A DNA stretch of 32,000 bases from Pasteurella multocida (lineage in GTDB: Bacteria > Pseudomonadota > Gammaproteobacteria > Enterobacterales > Pasteurellaceae): assembly GCF_900187275.1 (NCBI RefSeq), contig NZ_LT906458.1, positions 510,001 to 542,000 on the forward strand, read 5' to 3'. The translations under genes and the position numbers were made by a program. Positions 10,354 through 20,322 of the stretch are shown here, one piece after another (positions within the stretch are counted from its first letter, which is position 1; each line of letters opens with the position of its first letter). A model generated the notes under the pieces. The model searched no databases and was not told the DNA's origin. It saw only the letters and a program-made list of their open reading frames with translations.

Positions 10354-11799
10354 ATGAGCATATTTTCTACTTTCGAAACAATAGTAGAACAGGCTTTAAC
10401 GTGGTTTGTTGAAAAAGTAGATGGTCCATTATGGGACATTACGATAGTGACATTATTAGGTGTTGGTTTATTTTTTACAATCACAACAGGGTTAGTGCAA
10501 TTACGTTTATTACCACGCAGTTTACGTGAAATGTGGTCAGGTCGAAGTGCAGAAGGCAATTCATTAACGCCATTTCAAGCATTCACGACCGGATTAGCCA
10601 GTCGTGTTGGCGTAGGAAATATCGGTGGTGTCGCAACAGCAATTGCGATTGGTGGTGAAGGTGCTGTGTTCTGGATGTGGATCACGGCGCTGATTGGCAT
10701 GAGTAGTGCATTTGCTGAGTCATCCTTAGCCCAATTATTTAAAGTCAAAGAACCTTGTGGTTTGTACCGTGGCGGTCCAGCCTATTACATTACCAAAGGA
10801 TTAAAAGCACCGCTCTTGGGAGCAGCATTTGCAGTCAGTTTAATTTTTACATTTGGTTTTGCTTTTAATGCAGTACAAGCGAATGCAATTGTCGAAGCAA
10901 CCAATAATGCTTGGCATTGGAATGCACAATATGTTGGCTGGGTGTTAGTTGCAATTACAGCATTCATTATTTTCGGTGGCGTAAAACGCATTGGCGCAGT
11001 GAGTGCGAAATTAGTCCCCATGATGGCGTTATTTTATCTGATTATTGCCGTGATTATTTTAGGCATGAATATTCATGCGATTCCGATGGTCATTTCACGG
11101 ATTGTGTCGAGTGCTTTTGATTTCAGTGCTATGGCGGGTGGTATGTTTGGTGCCATTTTTTCTAAAGCCATGCTAATGGGGGTGAAACGTGGATTATTTT
11201 CTAATGAAGCAGGGATGGGATCTGCGCCAAATTCCGCAGCCTCGGCGGATGTGAAACATCCTGCGAGTCAAGGCTTAATTCAAATGCTTGGTGTTTTTGT
11301 TGATACGATTATTGTATGTACTTGTACCGCAGTCATCATTTTACTTTCGGATAACTATGGTAATGAAACATTAAAAGGCATTTCTTTAACGCAGCACGCG
11401 TTACAATATCATGTCGGTGATTTTGGTTTACATTTCTTGGCAGCCATTTTATTTCTGTTTGCGTATTCATCCATTATTGGTAACTATGCGTATGCGGAAA
11501 GCAATATCCGTTTTCTGCGTAATAAGTCACTCTTTATTTTTATTTTCCGCTTGATGGTTCTCTTTTTTGTGTACTTTGGTGCCATTAATCATGCCAATAT
11601 TGTGTGGAATTTTGCTGATACAGTCATGGCCATCATGGCGATGATTAACTTGGTGGCGATTGTATTATTATCACCTATCGTTTGGTTAATTCTGAGAGAT
11701 TATCAACAGCAAATAAAAGCGGGCGTTGAACCGGTATTTAAACTCGAACAACATCCTACTTTGGCAAAGCGTGGTGTTGATAACGATATTTGGTCTTAA
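10354..11799 (+). CDS. Sodium:alanine/glycine symporter family protein (AlsT/DagA type)
   Basis: MSIFSTFETIVEQALTWFVEKVDGPLWDITIVTLLGVGLFFTITTG; GLASRVGVGNIGGVATAIAIGGEGAVFWMW; GLFSNEAGMGSAPNSAASAD. Start has AGGAGG just upstream; the ORF-track start at 10252 is over-extended. Confidence 0.92.
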   Translation: MSIFSTFETIVEQALTWFVEKVDGPLWDITIVTLLGVGLFFTITTGLVQLRLLPRSLREMWSGRSAEGNSLTPFQAFTTGLASRVGVGNIGGVATAIAIGGEGAVFWMWITALIGMSSAFAESSLAQLFKVKEPCGLYRGGPAYYITKGLKAPLLGAAFAVSLIFTFGFAFNAVQANAIVEATNNAWHWNAQYVGWVLVAITAFIIFGGVKRIGAVSAKLVPMMALFYLIIAVIILGMNIHAIPMVISRIVSSAFDFSAMAGGMFGAIFSKAMLMGVKRGLFSNEAGMGSAPNSAASADVKHPASQGLIQMLGVFVDTIIVCTCTAVIILLSDNYGNETLKGISLTQHALQYHVGDFGLHFLAAILFLFAYSSIIGNYAYAESNIRFLRNKSLFIFIFRLMVLFFVYFGAINHANIVWNFADTVMAIMAMINLVAIVLLSPIVWLILRDYQQQIKAGVEPVFKLEQHPTLAKRGVDNDIWS

Positions 11800-11829
11800 T
11801 GACTTACACGTAAAATTCCTTTATGATTG

Positions 11830-11838
11830 ACCGCACTT
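11830..11838 (-). repeat. Pasteurellaceae DNA uptake signal (ACCGCACTT on plus strand)
   Basis: Exact 9-mer, intergenic after the AlsT-type symporter. Confidence 0.92.
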
Positions 11839-11898
11839 TTCAGCAGATGAATTTGAATGAAATTTGTGGTCAATAAATCAAATGAGTGGGAATGAAGT

Positions 11899-12390
11899 AT
11901 GGTTAAGATCGTAGAATGTCAGCAACAGCATTTTCGTGCATTATCTTATTCATTATCGCCAGAACAAGCTAAATTTACTGCGCTTCCTTCGGTCTGGTTT
12001 GCCGATCTTAATGCAAAAAAGCCTTGGAAAGCCTTCAGCATATTATCCGATGATGAACCTGTTGGCTTTTTTGTGTTAGATCAGGGAGAGGATCGGCAAA
12101 AATATTCTGATAATCCTCAAGCTGTTTTATTACGCTCGATGTCAATTCACCCTGATTTTCAGGGACTCGGCATTGCAAAACAAGCCTTATCTCATCAGAG
12201 GCTCATGCCTTTATTATTGCACCATTTCCCTAGTAGTCATGAAATTGTACTGGGCGTTAATCATCTTAATCAGCGTGCCTATGCGTTTTATCTTGCTTGT
12301 GGTTTCAAACATACACAACGTGATCTAATGGGGATTCGAGGCAAGCAATATATTTTGTCTTTGGATTTTTCAATATGCAAACACTCTTAA
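11899..12390 (+). CDS. GNAT-family N-acetyltransferase
   Basis: 163 aa with LLRSMSIHPDFQGLGIAKQAL (acetyl-CoA binding motif A) and NQRAYAFYLACGFK. Confidence 0.85.
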   Translation: MVKIVECQQQHFRALSYSLSPEQAKFTALPSVWFADLNAKKPWKAFSILSDDEPVGFFVLDQGEDRQKYSDNPQAVLLRSMSIHPDFQGLGIAKQALSHQRLMPLLLHHFPSSHEIVLGVNHLNQRAYAFYLACGFKHTQRDLMGIRGKQYILSLDFSICKHS

Positions 12391-12914
12391 TTATCCGCGG
12401 GCATTCTGGTTCTGGAAAAAGTACCTTTGCCCTGAAAAAAATGGCTGAGTTTAAGCAAAATTTTACAGAGGGTGTGCTTTTTCATGTTGAAAATGATCAT
12501 TTTTTGCGAGAGAACGGTGAATACCATTGGACAGTCGAGCGCTTTCAACAAGCTAAACAATTGGCACAACAACAATTAGCTGATGCGTTAAACTATTGTG
12601 TTGAAAACCCGCAGCACGATGTTTGTATTGTACTCAGTAACGTAGGTGGGAATGCCAAGGAGATTGAAAAGGTTGTTGCAAGGGCGACAAGTTATGGTTT
12701 ACACACGGAAGTATATCGCTTACAAAATTTTTTTCCAAATACACATGGTGTTGATGCGCAAGTTGTCTATGAAATGTATTTACACTTATGTGATCAGCCT
12801 GTCCAAAACGAGATCTTACTTCCTCCCATTCAACCGATGACAAAAGCAATATGCCGTGAAATTAAGAAGTTACAGGCTCAAAAAAGAAAAAACCGCTACA
12901 CCAAGAAGATGTAG
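12375..12914 (+). CDS. P-loop ATPase/kinase-like protein of unknown substrate
   Basis: 179 aa starting MQTLLIIRGHSGSGKSTFALKKMAEF (Walker A GHSGSGKST); overlaps the GNAT gene by 16 nt. Confidence 0.75.
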   Translation: MQTLLIIRGHSGSGKSTFALKKMAEFKQNFTEGVLFHVENDHFLRENGEYHWTVERFQQAKQLAQQQLADALNYCVENPQHDVCIVLSNVGGNAKEIEKVVARATSYGLHTEVYRLQNFFPNTHGVDAQVVYEMYLHLCDQPVQNEILLPPIQPMTKAICREIKKLQAQKRKNRYTKKM

Positions 12915-13020
12915 CGGGAGGTCTTAACATAAGAAAGTTAAAAAGACGACTGCATTTGCAGTGCACTAGCATTATCTAAGACCGAGCATTTTTAAAATAG
13001 TTCAGAAAAAGTTTTATTTT

Positions 13021-14865
13021 TTATAAAAAATTTTTTATTTGTGTTTCGATACCGGCTTCGTCTAAATGTAAGTCCGCTAAAATTTCTTGTTGTGTCCCTT
13101 GTGGGATAAAGAAATCAGGTAAACCAAGTTGTAATAATTTTGTTTGATGTTGTTGAGAATGTAAGACTTCGGCAACGGCACTGCCAGCCCCACCTTGAAT
13201 GACGTTTTCTTCTAAAGTCACAATCAGGTCATGTGTTTGTGCAATTTGATGGATACACTCAACATCAATAGGTTTAACAAAACGCATATCGATTACTGTC
13301 GCATTTAATTTTTCTGCCACGTTGATGGCGGTAGGTAATAAAGTGCCAAAATTTAAAATCGCAATTTTTTCGCCTTCACGAATCAGGTTGGATTTACCGA
13401 GTGCTAACATCGTTAATGGGGTGAGTTCAACACCAATGGCATTACCACGTGGATAACGTACGGCAGCAGGTTGATTGAGTTTGTAACCAGTATAAAGCAT
13501 TTGACGACACTCATTTTCGTCGCTAGGTGTCATGATCACCATATTTGGGATACAGCGCAGAAAGCTAATATCAAAAGCGCCTTGATGAGTCTGACCATCT
13601 GCACCGACCACACCAGCCCGATCAATAGCAAATAAAACCGGCAGATTTTGAATAGCCACATCATGAATGAGTTGATCGTAGGCGCGCTGTAAAAAGGTGG
13701 AATAAATTGCTACTACGGGTTTATAACCCCCAATCGCCAAGCCAGCGGCAAACGTGACGGCATGTTGTTCAGCAATGGCAACATCAAAATATTGTTGTGG
13801 AAAACGGTTAGAAAACTCGACCATCCCTGAGCCTTCACGCATAGCCGGCGTAATGCCGATCAGTTTAGGATCGTTTTCTGCCATTTCACACAGCCAATCA
13901 CCAAAAATTTTTGAATAAGTTGGCGTTGTATTTGATTTAGGTAATTGACCACTTAAATGATCAAATTTAGGTACACCATGAAAGCCAATTGGGTCTTTTT
14001 CTGCCGGAGCGTAGCCTTTCCCTTTTTTGGTCATGATATGTAAAAATTGGGGACCTTTTAAGGCGCGCATATTTTTCAATGTGCTGATAAGTTCTTCAAT
14101 GTTATGACCATCAATCGGACCAATATAGTTGAACCCTAGTTGCTCGAACATGGTACCCACAGGGGAAACAAAGCCTTTCACATGTTCTTCAGTCTTTTTG
14201 ACAAATTCTTTAATCGGTGGCATACCAGAGAGGATTTTTTTACCCCCTTCACGGATAGAAGAATAAAATGATCCCGTTAATAAGCGGGCGAGATGATTGT
14301 TTAGCGCCCCGACATTTTCTGAAATGGACATTTCGTTATCATTCAAAATCACCAGCATATCGGTATGCAAGGCACCAGCATGATTCATTGCTTCAAACGC
14401 CATTCCTGCGGTAATGGCGCCATCACCAATCACACAGACTGTTTTACGTCCCGCATTTTCACGTTGTGCGGCAACGGCAATGCCTAAGCCTGCACTAATT
14501 GAGGTAGAAGAATGCCCAACACTTAACACATCAAATTCGCTTTCTTCACGCCATGGAAAAGGATGAATACCATTTTTCTGACGAATGGTGGACATTTGAT
14601 CACGACGACCTGTTAAGATTTTATGTGGATAGGCTTGATGACCAACATCCCAAATCAGTTGATCAAAGGGGGTTTTATAGACATAGTGTAAGGCAACAGT
14701 TAATTCTACTGTGCCCAAGCCTGATGCCAAATGTCCACTACTTTGACTAACAGACTCTAATAAATATGCACGTAATTCCTGACAGATTTGGGGAAGTTGT
14801 TCTTTACTTAATAAACGTAAATCTTCGGGTGAATTAATTAATGATAACAGAGGATAATTTTGCAT
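13021..14865 (-). CDS. dxs: 1-deoxy-D-xylulose-5-phosphate synthase
   Basis: 614 aa, [58 protein letters not shown]; full-length DXS. Confidence 0.97.
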   Translation of the reverse strand: MQNYPLLSLINSPEDLRLLSKEQLPQICQELRAYLLESVSQSSGHLASGLGTVELTVALHYVYKTPFDQLIWDVGHQAYPHKILTGRRDQMSTIRQKNGIHPFPWREESEFDVLSVGHSSTSISAGLGIAVAAQRENAGRKTVCVIGDGAITAGMAFEAMNHAGALHTDMLVILNDNEMSISENVGALNNHLARLLTGSFYSSIREGGKKILSGMPPIKEFVKKTEEHVKGFVSPVGTMFEQLGFNYIGPIDGHNIEELISTLKNMRALKGPQFLHIMTKKGKGYAPAEKDPIGFHGVPKFDHLSGQLPKSNTTPTYSKIFGDWLCEMAENDPKLIGITPAMREGSGMVEFSNRFPQQYFDVAIAEQHAVTFAAGLAIGGYKPVVAIYSTFLQRAYDQLIHDVAIQNLPVLFAIDRAGVVGADGQTHQGAFDISFLRCIPNMVIMTPSDENECRQMLYTGYKLNQPAAVRYPRGNAIGVELTPLTMLALGKSNLIREGEKIAILNFGTLLPTAINVAEKLNATVIDMRFVKPIDVECIHQIAQTHDLIVTLEENVIQGGAGSAVAEVLHSQQHQTKLLQLGLPDFFIPQGTQQEILADLHLDEAGIETQIKNFL

Positions 14866-14900
14866 AGTTGTTAGTCAATTCCAAAATAATTAAAAAACTG

Positions 14901-14909
14901 ACCGCACTT
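14901..14909 (-). repeat. Pasteurellaceae DNA uptake signal (ACCGCACTT on plus strand)
   Basis: Exact 9-mer in the ispA-dxs gap. Confidence 0.92.
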
Positions 14910-14931
14910 TGATCTTGGTGTATTGTGCGGT

Positions 14932-15819
14932 TTAACTTTTTCTATTTACCACAAATTCAGCGATAGCACGAAGTGCACTGGTATCAAAAGGAATACTTTC
15001 TAATTCCGCGATTGCGCTTTGATACAGTTCTTGCGCTTTTTGTTTGGCACCCGCTAAGCCTAATAATTTGGGGTAGGTGCTTTTATCTGCTAATAAATCA
15101 GAACCCACGGTTTTACCAATAATGTCACTTTCGCCTTCAATATCTAAAATATCGTCTTGTACTTGAAAGGCTAAGCCAATGGCTTCCGAATACCGTTGTA
15201 ATTGTTGTGCTAGCGTATCATTTTTAAAATGCGGAGAACAAATTCGCCCGAGCTGAATCGCAGCGGAAAGCATTGCCCCCGTTTTATTGCGGTGAATTTG
15301 TTCTAATTCGATTAAGCTAATGTGTTTTTGCTCAGAAATCAGATCGAGACTTTGCCCCAAACACATTCCTTTTACACCAGCCGCTTGACTTAGCGTTTGC
15401 ACTAACGCAAGTTTTTGCTCTGCTTGCAGTGCAGGTGCTTGAGTTAATATTTCAAAAGCAAAGGCTTGCAACGCGTCACCGGCTAAAATCGCGGTGGCGT
15501 GATCAAAAGCAATATGGCAAGTTGGTTGTCCACGACGTAAATGATCATCATCCATCGCAGGGAGATCGTCGTGAATTAATGAATAGGCATGAACGGCTTC
15601 TACACTTGCCGCGGCATAATCGAGTTGGTTTAAGTCTGCGCCGAGCATTCGTCCTGTTGCATACACTAGGAAAGGACGGATACGTTTACCACCAAGGAGC
15701 ACACCGTAACGCATGGCTTCGGCAAGAGGAGAGGGGCTGCTGTCCACATTCAATTGTTGCGCTAAAAAAGTATTAATACGTTGTTGGAGTTGGGGTAAAT
15801 CTTGTGAAAGTTGGTACAT
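14932..15819 (-). CDS. ispA: (2E,6E)-farnesyl diphosphate synthase
   Basis: 295 aa with LLGGKRIRPFLVYATG, aspartate-rich HDDLPAMDDDHLRRG and FQVQDDILDIEGESDIIGK. Confidence 0.96.
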   Translation of the reverse strand: MYQLSQDLPQLQQRINTFLAQQLNVDSSPSPLAEAMRYGVLLGGKRIRPFLVYATGRMLGADLNQLDYAAASVEAVHAYSLIHDDLPAMDDDHLRRGQPTCHIAFDHATAILAGDALQAFAFEILTQAPALQAEQKLALVQTLSQAAGVKGMCLGQSLDLISEQKHISLIELEQIHRNKTGAMLSAAIQLGRICSPHFKNDTLAQQLQRYSEAIGLAFQVQDDILDIEGESDIIGKTVGSDLLADKSTYPKLLGLAGAKQKAQELYQSAIAELESIPFDTSALRAIAEFVVNRKS

Positions 15820-15837
15820 AACATGCTCGTATTGTTG

Positions 15838-16083
15838 TTATTCTTCCGCTTGGTAATCGCTTAATTTCGCGCTATCACTTTTTTGTAATAAAATCTGAAT
15901 GCGTTGTTCGGCTTGTTGTAAACGTTCTTGTCCCAAATGGGCAAGCTTAATGCCACGTTCAAATTCTTCTAAGGCGCTTTCCAAAGGAAGCTCACCACTT
16001 TCTAAACGTGTGACAATGGCTTCTAGCTGTTGTAGCGTATTTTCAAAATCTAATTCGGTTTTTTCTGTACTTTTTTTAGCCAT
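15838..16083 (-). CDS. xseB: Exodeoxyribonuclease VII small subunit
   Basis: 81 aa, [38 protein letters not shown]; upstream of ispA-dxs. Confidence 0.95.
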   Translation of the reverse strand: MAKKSTEKTELDFENTLQQLEAIVTRLESGELPLESALEEFERGIKLAHLGQERLQQAEQRIQILLQKSDSAKLSDYQAEE

Positions 16084-16203
16084 TGTATATCCTTTTTACG
16101 AAAGCATTAAGGGCACCATTGTACTGTATTTTTGGGCATATGTTAAAATTATTTGCGGATTTTCAACCCACTTTCTTGCCCGCTCATAGGATAGCCAACA
16201 AGA

Positions 16204-16212
16204 AAGTGCGGT
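16204..16212 (+). repeat. Pasteurellaceae DNA uptake signal AAGTGCGGT (left arm of inverted pair)
   Basis: Exact 9-mer. Confidence 0.93.
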
Positions 16213-16219
16213 CGAATTG

Positions 16220-16228
16220 ACCGCACTT
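16220..16228 (-). repeat. Pasteurellaceae DNA uptake signal (right arm of inverted pair)
   Basis: Exact 9-mer. Confidence 0.93.
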
Positions 16229-16260
16229 TTGTTTTATTTCCTTAGCATTTCATGCCATTT

Positions 16261-18747
16261 TTATGCTTTCGCTTGTTTTGGTTGTTTAAATACCGTGATT
16301 TCTGGTGCTTCACCTGTGAATTTTTCTATTTGCACAATACAGGTATTTGGAGAGTTACCTTGTGCAAGTTTTGATGTACCAATGTCCATTGTCAAGACAT
16401 TAGGGCAGCCATTTTTACATAGAGGTTTTTCGCTTACTCCTAAGTCTAATGGGTCATACCAAGCACCTTCACATAAACTGACAGTACCTTTGATGATATC
16501 AGGTGTGACAATTGCCCCTGCAAGGACTTGACCACGATTATTGAAAATACGCACAATATCACCGTCAGAAATCCCTCTAGTTTTTGCATCTTCTACATGG
16601 ATCAGCACAGGTTCGCGATCGTTCACGACGTATTTTTGACGCAGTGAAGTATTTGCTAATTGACTGTGTAACCGATAGTAAGGATGCGGGGTGACTAGCG
16701 CTAATGGATGTTCCGTAGTGACATTACCAGCAAACTCTTCTGGTTCAAACCAAGAAGGATAGCCACGGCAATCATCATAGTTCATCTTCGCAATCGTATC
16801 GGAGTAGATTTCAATTTTACCAGAAGGTGTGCCCAGTGGATTCAATAATGGATCTTCACGGAATTCACCATAACGAACCCATTTTTTTGCTTTTTCACTG
16901 GCATTAAATGTAATAGGTTTATTTTCTTCCCAGAATTTTTCAAATTTAGGCATGAGGACACGATTTTTGCGTGCGGCATCAAAAGCGGATTGGTAAAAAT
17001 ATTTTAACCAATCCATTTCACTTTTGCCTTCTGTGAATTTATCTTCTACGCCCGCACGTTTAGCTAATTCAGCAAAGACATCATAGTCATTACGTGCCTC
17101 AAATTGCGGTTCAACCACTTGTTTCATCGGCAGAATGTGCATCATGGAATAATCACCACTCATGGTTAAATCATTTCGCTCATAACTTGTCGTGATCGGT
17201 AATACAATATCTGCCATTCTTGCTGTTGGCGTCCAGTTGATTTCATTCACAATGATTGTTTCGGGTTTTTGCCATGCCTTGACTAAAGTATTGGTGTCTT
17301 GATGATGGACAAATGGGTTACCGCCTGCCCAATAAATTAATTTAATGTCAGGATAAGTGATTTCGGTACCATTGTATTGGATGGTTTTCCCCGGATTGAG
17401 TAAGACATCTGCAATACGTGCAAGTGGGAAACTGATTTTCGCTGATTTAGATAACCAAGATTGACCCGTATTTGAGGTATCGTTATCCAATGTCGCCGAC
17501 ATAGAACCAATGACACCACCAGTTGTGGTTGGTACACCACCATTTGAATAGTGATAACTGAAACCGAAGCCACCGCCAGGTAAACCAATTTGCCCTAGCA
17601 TTGAGGCAAGTGTGACCATCATCCAATGTGTTTGTTCACCGTGACGTTGGCGTTGCATCCCCCAGCCCCCCATCAGCATCGTGCGTTTTGATGAAAAGTC
17701 ATTTGCAAGTTGCTTGATGACTTCTACAGGCACACCACTGATTTTACTTGCCCATTCGGCATCTTTTGCTTGTCCATCAATTTTTCCAAGCAAGTATTCT
17801 TCGAATTTTGCATAACCTGTAGTATATTTTTTCAAGAAAGCTTTATCATGTTTGTCTTGTGTCACTAAGGTATGCGCAATCCCTAACATTAACGGCACAT
17901 CTGTTGCTGTATTGGTTGGAATCCATTCGGCATTCAGCATTTTACAGGTTTCATTTTTGATTGGGTCAATACAAATGATACGCTTACCAGTGGCTTGATA
18001 TTTTTTGAAATATTCAATGCCTTTTTGGTCTGTCGCTGTCCAAGCAATACGCATTGTAGTCAGTGGGTTAGCAGACCAGAGCACGATGATATCAGTACTT
18101 TCTAAAATCGTTTCCCAACTGGTTTGTTGTTCGTAAACTTCAATAGTACCAAGTACATGAGGCATGATAACTTGTGCGGCACCAGTGGAGTAGTCACCTT
18201 TATGACCGACAAAACCACCTGTTGCATTCAGATAACGATGTAATAATGTACGACTTGAATGGAGTGAACCTGAGCTTTTCCAACCATAAGATCCACCAAA
18301 GATATTTTCAAAACCGCCTTCTGAGCGAACACGTTTAAATTCTTTATCAATTAAATCAAGAGCCTGATCCCAAGATACGCGCACCCATTCATCATGACCA
18401 CGCAGAGTCGTGTCACTTTTTCCTGGATTCGTTAAATAGCCTTTACGAACCATAGGGTATTTGATTCGTGTTTCACTATAAAGTTGATCAGGTACGACGG
18501 ATTGTAATTCATTTTCAATAGCAGGCAGGATTGCAGGACCAGATTTAACGGCTTTGCCATTTTCAACTACAACACCTAAAGGTCCCCAGTGGGCAGCAGT
18601 AACAATTGTTTTACTGTCAGCTGCAATTGCCTTTGGTGACACAAGTGCACCAACGACACCACCGCTTAACGATGCGCCAGCAATACCAAGAGAGGAGCTT
18701 TTTAAAAACGCTCTACGTTTAACATCTACTTTGTTCTCTTTTTTCAT
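16261..18747 (-). CDS. torZ: Periplasmic molybdopterin oxidoreductase (TorZ/BisC/MtsZ-like S- or N-oxide reductase)
   Basis: 828 aa, Tat signal KRRAFLKSSSLGIAGASLSGG, YGWKSSGSLHSSRTLLHRYLNATGG, DIIVLWSANPLTTMRIAW, C-terminal molybdopterin-dinucleotide domain. Exact substrate cannot be assigned from sequence. Confidence 0.88.
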   Translation of the reverse strand: MKKENKVDVKRRAFLKSSSLGIAGASLSGGVVGALVSPKAIAADSKTIVTAAHWGPLGVVVENGKAVKSGPAILPAIENELQSVVPDQLYSETRIKYPMVRKGYLTNPGKSDTTLRGHDEWVRVSWDQALDLIDKEFKRVRSEGGFENIFGGSYGWKSSGSLHSSRTLLHRYLNATGGFVGHKGDYSTGAAQVIMPHVLGTIEVYEQQTSWETILESTDIIVLWSANPLTTMRIAWTATDQKGIEYFKKYQATGKRIICIDPIKNETCKMLNAEWIPTNTATDVPLMLGIAHTLVTQDKHDKAFLKKYTTGYAKFEEYLLGKIDGQAKDAEWASKISGVPVEVIKQLANDFSSKRTMLMGGWGMQRQRHGEQTHWMMVTLASMLGQIGLPGGGFGFSYHYSNGGVPTTTGGVIGSMSATLDNDTSNTGQSWLSKSAKISFPLARIADVLLNPGKTIQYNGTEITYPDIKLIYWAGGNPFVHHQDTNTLVKAWQKPETIIVNEINWTPTARMADIVLPITTSYERNDLTMSGDYSMMHILPMKQVVEPQFEARNDYDVFAELAKRAGVEDKFTEGKSEMDWLKYFYQSAFDAARKNRVLMPKFEKFWEENKPITFNASEKAKKWVRYGEFREDPLLNPLGTPSGKIEIYSDTIAKMNYDDCRGYPSWFEPEEFAGNVTTEHPLALVTPHPYYRLHSQLANTSLRQKYVVNDREPVLIHVEDAKTRGISDGDIVRIFNNRGQVLAGAIVTPDIIKGTVSLCEGAWYDPLDLGVSEKPLCKNGCPNVLTMDIGTSKLAQGNSPNTCIVQIEKFTGEAPEITVFKQPKQAKA

Positions 18748-18906
18748 ATAAGGCCTCGCTTATTTAAGTCGTTAATGTTTTGACACCTTTCTAAAGATGA
18801 GTGGACAATCAATTTCTTGTTTATCCATGGCATAAGCGAACTTATTGCAGGCTTGTTACCATATCTTTTGACTTAGGTTCACAAGCTCGGCGTCAGTGAT
18901 GAATTT

Positions 18907-20022
18907 TTAATGACTAGCACCTGATATATCTTTACTGTTACGTTGTAAATAAATCGTGAGTGCTCTTACTTCTTCAGCCGTTAATGCAGTACGATCTTTC
19001 ATTGAATTAACGACGCCAATCCATTGATTCGCAGTATAGTGATCTGCTTCAATCACCGCATGGCAGCCACTACAATGAGTTTGATTTAATCGATTACCAA
19101 GTTGGTTGAGCCCAACTAAATCGGCAGTTAATTTATCTTGTGGTACAGTGATGTTAAGCATCACTTCTTTCCATTCAGAATCGGTGACTTCATCTTGGAT
19201 TGTTTTTGTAATCGTGAGCTGTTCTCTCGCTTCCTCTTCCAACAATGCCAAAATAATCCGCTTCCCAAGCGCCATATAGACAATGGATTCAGCGCCTACT
19301 TGTTGCCAGCCTTTGAGGGTTGCTGTAGTTTTTCCCTCGTCCGTTTTCCATTCAGTCAATGTGGCGTAAGGCATTAAACGTACTTCGCCTCCCTTTGTTG
19401 TTTGTGCGCTAGAAATCGTTTTTACATAGAGTGGTTGAGAATGATCTGTCGTTAAAACCGGTTTGTTTTCAGTTACTGTTGTTGGAGTGATTTCTTCGGG
19501 GATATCTGGTAAGAAATGGACAATGCCTTTATGACAATCAATACAGGTTTGTCCATCTGATTTAGCCAATTCATGCATGGTTTGTGCTGATTTTGATTGT
19601 AATGAAATTTCCATTGCATCTAAGCTATGGCAACTACGACAGGTTGCTGAATTTGTCGCTTTCATCTCATCCCAAACTTTTTTTGCCATTTCATAACGAT
19701 GTTTTTCGAAAGCGTCTCTATCTGGTATTTTTCCCTTTAGCTCGTACCATACGTCTTTTAATGCGAAGACTTTGGCTTTGACATAATGCCACCCTTCGGG
19801 AGGAACATGGCAATCAGCACAATTTGCGCGGATACCTTTTTGATTGGAAAAATGAACACTTGTCTCCCATTCTTCCTGTGGAAATTGCATTGAATGACAA
19901 CTTACACAGAATTCAGGTGAGCTAGTTTTATGCATCACATATTGCACTCCCAACAAAGTACCCGCACCCACAAGCATCAAAGCAAAAACTGTTAGGAGAG
20001 AATGTTTTTTTATTCTTGACAT
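18907..20022 (-). CDS. torY: Pentahaem c-type cytochrome (TorC/TorY, NapC/NirT N-terminal family)
   Basis: Five CXXCH motifs (CVSCH, CADCH, CRSCH, CIDCH, CSGCH) and an N-terminal membrane anchor. ATG at 20022 has GGAG upstream; the ORF-track start is 20034. Confidence 0.9.
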   Translation of the reverse strand: MSRIKKHSLLTVFALMLVGAGTLLGVQYVMHKTSSPEFCVSCHSMQFPQEEWETSVHFSNQKGIRANCADCHVPPEGWHYVKAKVFALKDVWYELKGKIPDRDAFEKHRYEMAKKVWDEMKATNSATCRSCHSLDAMEISLQSKSAQTMHELAKSDGQTCIDCHKGIVHFLPDIPEEITPTTVTENKPVLTTDHSQPLYVKTISSAQTTKGGEVRLMPYATLTEWKTDEGKTTATLKGWQQVGAESIVYMALGKRIILALLEEEAREQLTITKTIQDEVTDSEWKEVMLNITVPQDKLTADLVGLNQLGNRLNQTHCSGCHAVIEADHYTANQWIGVVNSMKDRTALTAEEVRALTIYLQRNSKDISGASH

Positions 20023-20105
20023 AAGCCACTCCATGAATGGTTATATATTTATTTATATAGCAAGATGTTATAAAAACAGCAAAATTACCTAAAAAGAGTT
20101 ATCCT

Positions 20106-20111
20106 ATTGTA
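20106..20111 (-). promoter_or_regulatory. Candidate -10 element TACAAT for torY-torZ
   Basis: Minus-strand TACAAT positioned about 31 bp (centre to centre) downstream of the FNR-like site. Confidence 0.6.
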
Positions 20112-20132
20112 GGTGCGTGGGCAGAATTATTT

Positions 20133-20146
20133 TTGATTTGAATCAA
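20133..20146. promoter_or_regulatory. FNR-binding site (perfect consensus)
   Basis: TTGAT-TTGA-ATCAA matches TTGATnnnnATCAA exactly; centre 20139.5, about 117 bp upstream of the torY ATG. Confidence 0.8.
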
Positions 20147-20322
20147 ATAGTTGAAGGAAAATGTAGTAAAAGTGCTTTTTTACTGAGTAAAAAGGTTTAT
20201 TTCTTATTGTTATATAAATTATTTTATAAAGCTTTGAGGTAGGTCGATGAAAGATTTTTGATTCTCGGGCAGATCTGATAGAATGCACCGCTTGTAACTT
20301 GAAGACAGAAAATAAATAAACT

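Larger units (their letters stand above)
16203..16234. terminator. Terminator-like hairpin formed by two inverted uptake signals
   Basis: AAAGTGCGGTC-GAATT-GACCGCACTTT, an 11-bp perfect stem, followed on the plus strand by a T-rich stretch; located between torZ 3' end and xseB 5' end. Confidence 0.65.

Noticed and set aside
12949-12962. Small inverted repeat ACTGCA-TT-TGCAGT after the P-loop kinase-like gene
   Set aside because: Six-bp arms with a 2-nt loop and no T tract; not a convincing terminator or regulatory site.
15899-16531. Plus-strand ORFs 15899..16189 (96 aa) and 16217..16531 (105 aa)
   Set aside because: The first is antisense to xseB; the second begins in the intergenic hairpin region and is mostly antisense to the torZ 3' end. 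No ribosome-binding site or domain seen.
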